Below, in pieces: positions 61,163-64,000 of a DNA stretch of 64,000 nt. Both the position numbers and the translations under genes were made by a program. The stretch spans positions 62,001 through 126,000 of the forward strand of contig MU008157.1 in the NCBI GenBank assembly GCA_010909165.1. The letters run 5' to 3'. Positions within the stretch are counted from its first letter, which is position 1. The number at the start of each line of letters is the position of its first letter. The notes under the pieces were generated by a model. It was not told where the DNA came from and ran no database searches. It saw only the letters and a program-made list of their open reading frames with translations. Source of the stretch: Anthoceros angustus. Lineage: Eukaryota > Plantae > Anthocerotophyta.

Positions 61163-63673
61163 ATGGGATCAATTAGCACCCTGGCTATGGAGCCTGAGGT
61201 TAGCATCGACGACGCTTTGGCGGAGGCACTCAACAACAGGGGCATCTCTTTCCTCCACAGCTCCTCAAGGTTCCATAAACAAGGCTTGACCAAGTGTCAC
61301 GCCGAAGCAGCGGCGGAGTTCAAGAGGATGGTGGACGATCCTCGATGGGCTAGGAGGACTTTCAGCCATCATGTGCTGGATCCTTTGTGGGCGTCCGCTC
61401 CCTTCTCAGGTTTGGAGCACATGGTTCTTGCGGATTTGAAACCTCCGCATGCGCAGGAGGATTTGGATGGGATACCGGTGTCTGTTCACCACGGGCGGGT
61501 TGTTTACGGCAAGTTGTGTGCGAAGCCATTTCTTACGGGGGGAGTTCGGACGGTGTTTGAAGACACGCAAGGACGCGCTGTCCCACTGGTGATCGACAAT
61601 GCTGTGTGTACAACGGCCAGCGAAGCAGAGGTCGACAAGATGTTCCCTCAAGGGATGGAGGTTGCTATCAAAGAACCCGCGTACACGCAGTTGTGGAAGG
61701 ATGGGACGCTGGGCATCAACGTGGCCAACCCTGCAGACGTTCTGCCAATTGCCGACATGACCTTGTTTGATGAAGCCACTGAGATGCTGTGTCGAGAACA
61801 AGGTCCAGCTAGGTGGAGGCTGGGCATGGATTGCGTGGAGAAACTTTGTGCTCGAGCGGAGAGTCACTTTGTTGACGGACAGTACACTAGGGCGCTTAGT
61901 TGCTACAGATGGAGTGTGAAGTTGCTTTTCAGAATGAGCGGAGACGTCAGACGCCGGAAAGATTCCGTATCCGGCGATGACAATCTTGCGCGACAGATGG
62001 GTGACATGGTTGTGTCCTTCGCCCCTCAGAGGTGTGAGACCTATCTGCGTGTGGGAAGCTACAAGATGGCGTTGCAGGAGGCAAACCTTTCCGTGCTAAA
62101 CCCTAGGCTAAACGCCGAGCTCCAGATGCGAAGAGCGACATGCTTGCACATGATGCATCTGTACGACGAGGAGGTTACCTGTCTTGAGGAGCTGCAGGCG
62201 AGTCTCGGTACCTCCGAGTGCGATCGGCTCCTTCTACAAGAAATCTCGAACCAGAAATCCAGGGCAAGCATAGCTAGGCGCCAGAGTGGTTTAGGCATCT
62301 ACGAGTTCGATGACGACGAGTTCTCGAGGCTGTCTGGGACCGAGCTTCCGGCTGGCTGTTCTCCATTTGTTGGATCAATTGAGCTTCGTACTGGCACGGA
62401 GAACGGTACCGCAAGACGAGGACGGGAGCCCGGAATGTTTGCATCCCAGGATGTGGAGCCGGGGGAGCTACTGCTTGTGGCCAATCCCCTTGCCCGAGGA
62501 CGAGATCATCACTGGACTTGGCCGGTGATACGCTTTCACAGCAGAAGGCCCCCGCGGACAAGAGAGGAAATTGACACCTCATCCTGGAGTGCGCAATTCC
62601 AGAATACGTGTGTAGAGGCCATAGCCAAGGCACAGCAATCTCCGCAGTACGCTTCGCAACTGAAGAGCATGCTGCGGGGCATTAGGATTCGCAATCCTTC
62701 ACTGGAACTGTTCACTCAAGTCGGAGATGACGACAAGTATGGAGACGTGAACTCGATGGAGGAGCACCAACGTCACTTGGTGAAAGTGGACATCCGTGAT
62801 ATCCGTTCTGTTCTGGCAACCAACGGCCTTGTTGAGGGTGCGCTATACGGCTTGCCTTCCTTCTTTCTGCATTCTTGCGCTCCTAACTGCGTCCAGTACA
62901 TGGAATCTATGTATAGCGGCGGAGCCATGTTTATCGCAGCGACTCGCAGGATATCCGCCGGAGAGGAGCTTTCGATCCATTCTGTCTCTATGTTTCACAG
63001 CATATTCCGCCGGAGTGAAGAGTTTTCTGGACATTGTCGAGGGGATTTTTGCATTTGTCCGCGGTGCACGTTTGAGCACCAGGCGCTTCGCAAGGATATC
63101 CCGGAATTGCGAGAGCTGATCTTTATATACAGTTCCCAAATCGAAGCTCGCTGTCATCCCTGTCGAGTACATGACAGGAAGACGGTCGAAAACATTGTTT
63201 CCACATGTTCCGACCCTGAGGACTTGCTATTGAAGAATGTGGTGCACGTCAATGACAGTGAACACATGCTAGCCATATGTTCCGAAGTTGAAGGCTGGTT
63301 GGAGAGGATACTGAACCGCGATGACTCTGCACTCTTGTCCGAGCAGCAAAAAGACTGGATTCGGTGCTCCTTCGCCCTGGCTTATGTGTTCCCTGTCTTG
63401 TCTTGTCCAGGAAATGTTCAAGCAAAATTGATGGATGAGGTTGTGCGAGTTTTAACATCGGTTGAACCGGGAACAGCAACCGCATTAACCATTCTCGCCT
63501 TATGCAAGCATAAAATGGAGCGCTCGGATGTTAACAGAATTCTCAGGGAGAGGTATAAGAACCACAATCTCTACTTTCCGTTCAAGGAGAAAAGTTATCA
63601 TAATTTGCTGGATTGGGGTTTCAGTCACCTTCATCGTTTACTCTTTCATATCTATGCTGGAGTTTATCATTAG
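61163..63673 (+). CDS. Intronless TPR plus SET-domain protein (paralog C), altered catalytic motifs
   Basis: 836-aa ORF closely similar to paralog B, with FFLHSCAPNC, AGEELSIHS and CICPRC. Confidence 0.9.
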   Translation: MGSISTLAMEPEVSIDDALAEALNNRGISFLHSSSRFHKQGLTKCHAEAAAEFKRMVDDPRWARRTFSHHVLDPLWASAPFSGLEHMVLADLKPPHAQEDLDGIPVSVHHGRVVYGKLCAKPFLTGGVRTVFEDTQGRAVPLVIDNAVCTTASEAEVDKMFPQGMEVAIKEPAYTQLWKDGTLGINVANPADVLPIADMTLFDEATEMLCREQGPARWRLGMDCVEKLCARAESHFVDGQYTRALSCYRWSVKLLFRMSGDVRRRKDSVSGDDNLARQMGDMVVSFAPQRCETYLRVGSYKMALQEANLSVLNPRLNAELQMRRATCLHMMHLYDEEVTCLEELQASLGTSECDRLLLQEISNQKSRASIARRQSGLGIYEFDDDEFSRLSGTELPAGCSPFVGSIELRTGTENGTARRGREPGMFASQDVEPGELLLVANPLARGRDHHWTWPVIRFHSRRPPRTREEIDTSSWSAQFQNTCVEAIAKAQQSPQYASQLKSMLRGIRIRNPSLELFTQVGDDDKYGDVNSMEEHQRHLVKVDIRDIRSVLATNGLVEGALYGLPSFFLHSCAPNCVQYMESMYSGGAMFIAATRRISAGEELSIHSVSMFHSIFRRSEEFSGHCRGDFCICPRCTFEHQALRKDIPELRELIFIYSSQIEARCHPCRVHDRKTVENIVSTCSDPEDLLLKNVVHVNDSEHMLAICSEVEGWLERILNRDDSALLSEQQKDWIRCSFALAYVFPVLSCPGNVQAKLMDEVVRVLTSVEPGTATALTILALCKHKMERSDVNRILRERYKNHNLYFPFKEKSYHNLLDWGFSHLHRLLFHIYAGVYH

Positions 63674-63724
63674 AGGAGAAGCAATAATTTCCGTGTAAGA
63701 AGTGAACTTTGTCCAAGAGACCAA

Positions 63725-63848
63725 AATCTCTATCTTTTGTTCAAGAAGAAAAGCTATGACAATTTGTTCAATTAGAGTTGGGTCACTTTCATCACTTACT
63801 TTTGGATATCTATCCAACAGTTGATCGTTAGAAGAGAAGCAATTATTT
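63725..63848 (+). repeat. Diverged tandem copy of the last ~125 bp of paralog C, including its stop
   Basis: aatctcta...gttcaag.agaaaag.tat..aatttg...atatctat...ttaga.gagaagcaat matches 63566-63690. Confidence 0.75.
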
Positions 63849-64000
63849 TTAGGTCAGAAAGGAAGGAGAACGATTAGGTATGATCCATTAAACTCTTGGA
63901 GCTAATAGGATTATTTTTTGTCATGTCTAATACGCCGGTTCATACTTCATATATTTGGTTCAAGTCTTAAAAAATAAATCTTCTTATGAATTTAATGAAT

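Overview
Eukaryotic DNA from a compact, seed-free land-plant-like genome; short introns, dense genes and PLS-type PPR remnants suggest a hornwort or lycophyte (inferred). The window has four zones. (1) 1-21.5 kb is repeat-rich: a degenerate LINE-like element, a ~4.7-kb tandem unit in about 2.3 copies carrying a full-length CAF1 deadenylase and RING-like genes, a complete chromodomain Ty3/Gypsy element inserted into copy 2 (TSD ATGCA, empty site visible), and an RLE-type non-LTR fragment. (2) 22-36.5 kb holds intact host genes: EMF2-like, ETF-beta, PI synthase, a GGCT-like protein, an ILR1-like amidohydrolase and SQD2. (3) A local family of intronless ~800-aa TPR+SET genes has three copies plus a split pseudogene, and two copies have altered catalytic motifs. 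(4) The main find is a ~9.3-kb TIR DNA transposon (42087-51354, candidate 4-bp TSD TCAC) nested in a minisatellite. It encodes a Sola1-like DDD transposase and, head-to-head with it, a ParB-like domain plus a bacterial/phage-type beta-class N4C/N6A DNA methyltransferase. Repeat ORFs are full of small indels while host genes are clean, so some 'pseudogenes' may be sequencing artefacts. All family calls come from motif recognition by eye, not database searches.
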